From assembly GCA_951406725.2 (NCBI GenBank), contig OX597817.1, positions 35,774,001 through 35,838,000 on the forward strand: a DNA stretch of 64,000 nt. Direction: 5' to 3'. The notes below the pieces were generated by a model. The model made no database searches. It saw only the letters and a list, made by a program, of their open reading frames with translations, and was not told where the DNA came from. Below are positions 62,780 to 64,000 of this stretch, piece after piece. The position numbers were made by a program, and so were the translations under genes. Origin of the DNA: Octopus vulgaris. Taxonomy: Eukaryota. Each line of letters begins with the position of its first letter. Within the stretch, counting starts at the first letter, position 1.

Positions 62780-63180
62780 AGCAGACATGGCATTGTGGTA
62801 AGAAGCTTGCTTCACAATCACATGGTTCTGGGTTCAGTCTCACTGCATGGCACCTTGGGCAAGTGTTTTCTACTATAGCCTCAGGCCAACCAAAGCCCTG
62901 TGAGTGGATATGGTAGATGAAAACTGAAAGAAGCCTATTGTATATATGTATATATATGTGTGTGTGTGTGTGTGTTTTACCCACCACCACCACTTGACAA
63001 TCAGTGCTGGTGTTTTTACATCCCTGTAACTTAGCAATTCAGCAAAAGAAATTGATAGAATAAGTACAAAGCTATACAAAAATAAGTACTAGGGTTGATA
63101 CATTCAACTAAAAATTCTTCAAGGCAGTGCTCCAGCATGACCGCAGTCTAATGACTGAAACAAGTAAAAAAATAAAAGAT
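62780..63180 (+). mobile_element. CORE-type SINE
   Basis: tggcaccttgggcaagtgttttctactatagcc core. Confidence 0.85.
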
Positions 63181-63231
63181 AAAATAACAAATTCTATGTT
63201 ACTACAAAGCAAGTATATTTATACACTAGTA

Positions 63232-63685
63232 TCATCATCATCATCAGCGTTTAATGCCCGTTTTCCATACTGGCATGGATTTGATGGTTTGACTGAGGAC
63301 TAGCAAGCCAGGCTGGCTACACCAGGCGGCTACACCAGGCTCCAATCTGATCTGGCAAAGTTTCTACAGCTGAATGCCCTTCCTAATGCCAACCACTCCG
63401 AGAGTGTAGTGGATACTTTTTATGTGTCACCGGCATGGGAACCAGTTAGGCAACACTGACGTTGACAACACTCGAATGGTGCTTTTTATGTACCACTGGC
63501 ACAAGTGCCAGTCAGGTTGCCCTTAGCATTGGTTATGCTCGAACGGTGCTTTTTACATGCCAGTCAGGTGGCACTGGCATCAGCCATCCTCGAATGGTGC
63601 TCTTTACATGCTACTGGCACAGGAGCCAATCAGGAAGCACTGGGTTCAGCCAGGCTTGAATGGTGCTTTTTATGTGCTAGGCATG
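63232..63685 (-). mobile_element. (GAT)n-tailed SINE with internal subrepeats
   Basis: Family motif and tail present. Confidence 0.8.
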
Positions 63686-64000
63686 GTTATATTAATACAT
63701 ATATTTATACACATATATTTTTGCTTTGTTTTATTCCTTTCTTTTAAATCTATTTTTCTCTGCTAACATTGTTGGAGGCTAACAAGTCAAACTTACAAGT
63801 AGAAACCAAGTTTGAAAAACATACATAATATACTTTGATGAATATATAGAATAATAGTTGCATTTAGGTTTAAAGTTATGACCATGATCTGGCGGTCAGT
63901 AGTGTGACCCCCCCCCACCATATATTTGCATGTATATATATATTAATTTATCTGACATAAATAAGGGTTACACACACACACAGACCACAGCTTCATTTAC

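Noticed and set aside
4592-63766. Recurrent short ORFs such as MLAWV...LQLDALPNANHS and FQSFDCGH
   Set aside because: Translations of high-copy non-coding SINEs

Overview
AT-rich, repeat-dense animal genomic DNA, very likely a coleoid cephalopod (Octopus-like, inferred from the tRNA-derived SINE families and microsatellite load). The only recognisable host gene is the 3' part of a + strand SLC34/NaPi-II sodium-phosphate cotransporter: three exons (438-503, 5075-5222, 8597-9546) that join in frame. The rest is SINEs, decayed non-LTR retroelements (CRE, R4/Dong-like RLE, CR1, RTE), a dead Tc1, non-autonomous Helitrons, hAT and piggyBac-type MITEs, and microsatellites. About 6.5 kb is duplicated across a 100-N gap, probably an assembly artefact. 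The main unexplained signal is a set of mutually unrelated short foldback (inverted-repeat) elements, mostly beside (TA)n tracts. They carry type I hammerhead ribozyme motifs (CUGANGA-stem II-GAAA-palindromic helix III-UH), the hallmark of Penelope-like element (PLE) termini. One intact-looking copy lies about 2 kb downstream of the SLC34 stop on the sense strand, and one is fused to a tRNA-like Pol III head. All of this comes from manual reading; no search or folding program was run, and repeat boundaries are approximate.
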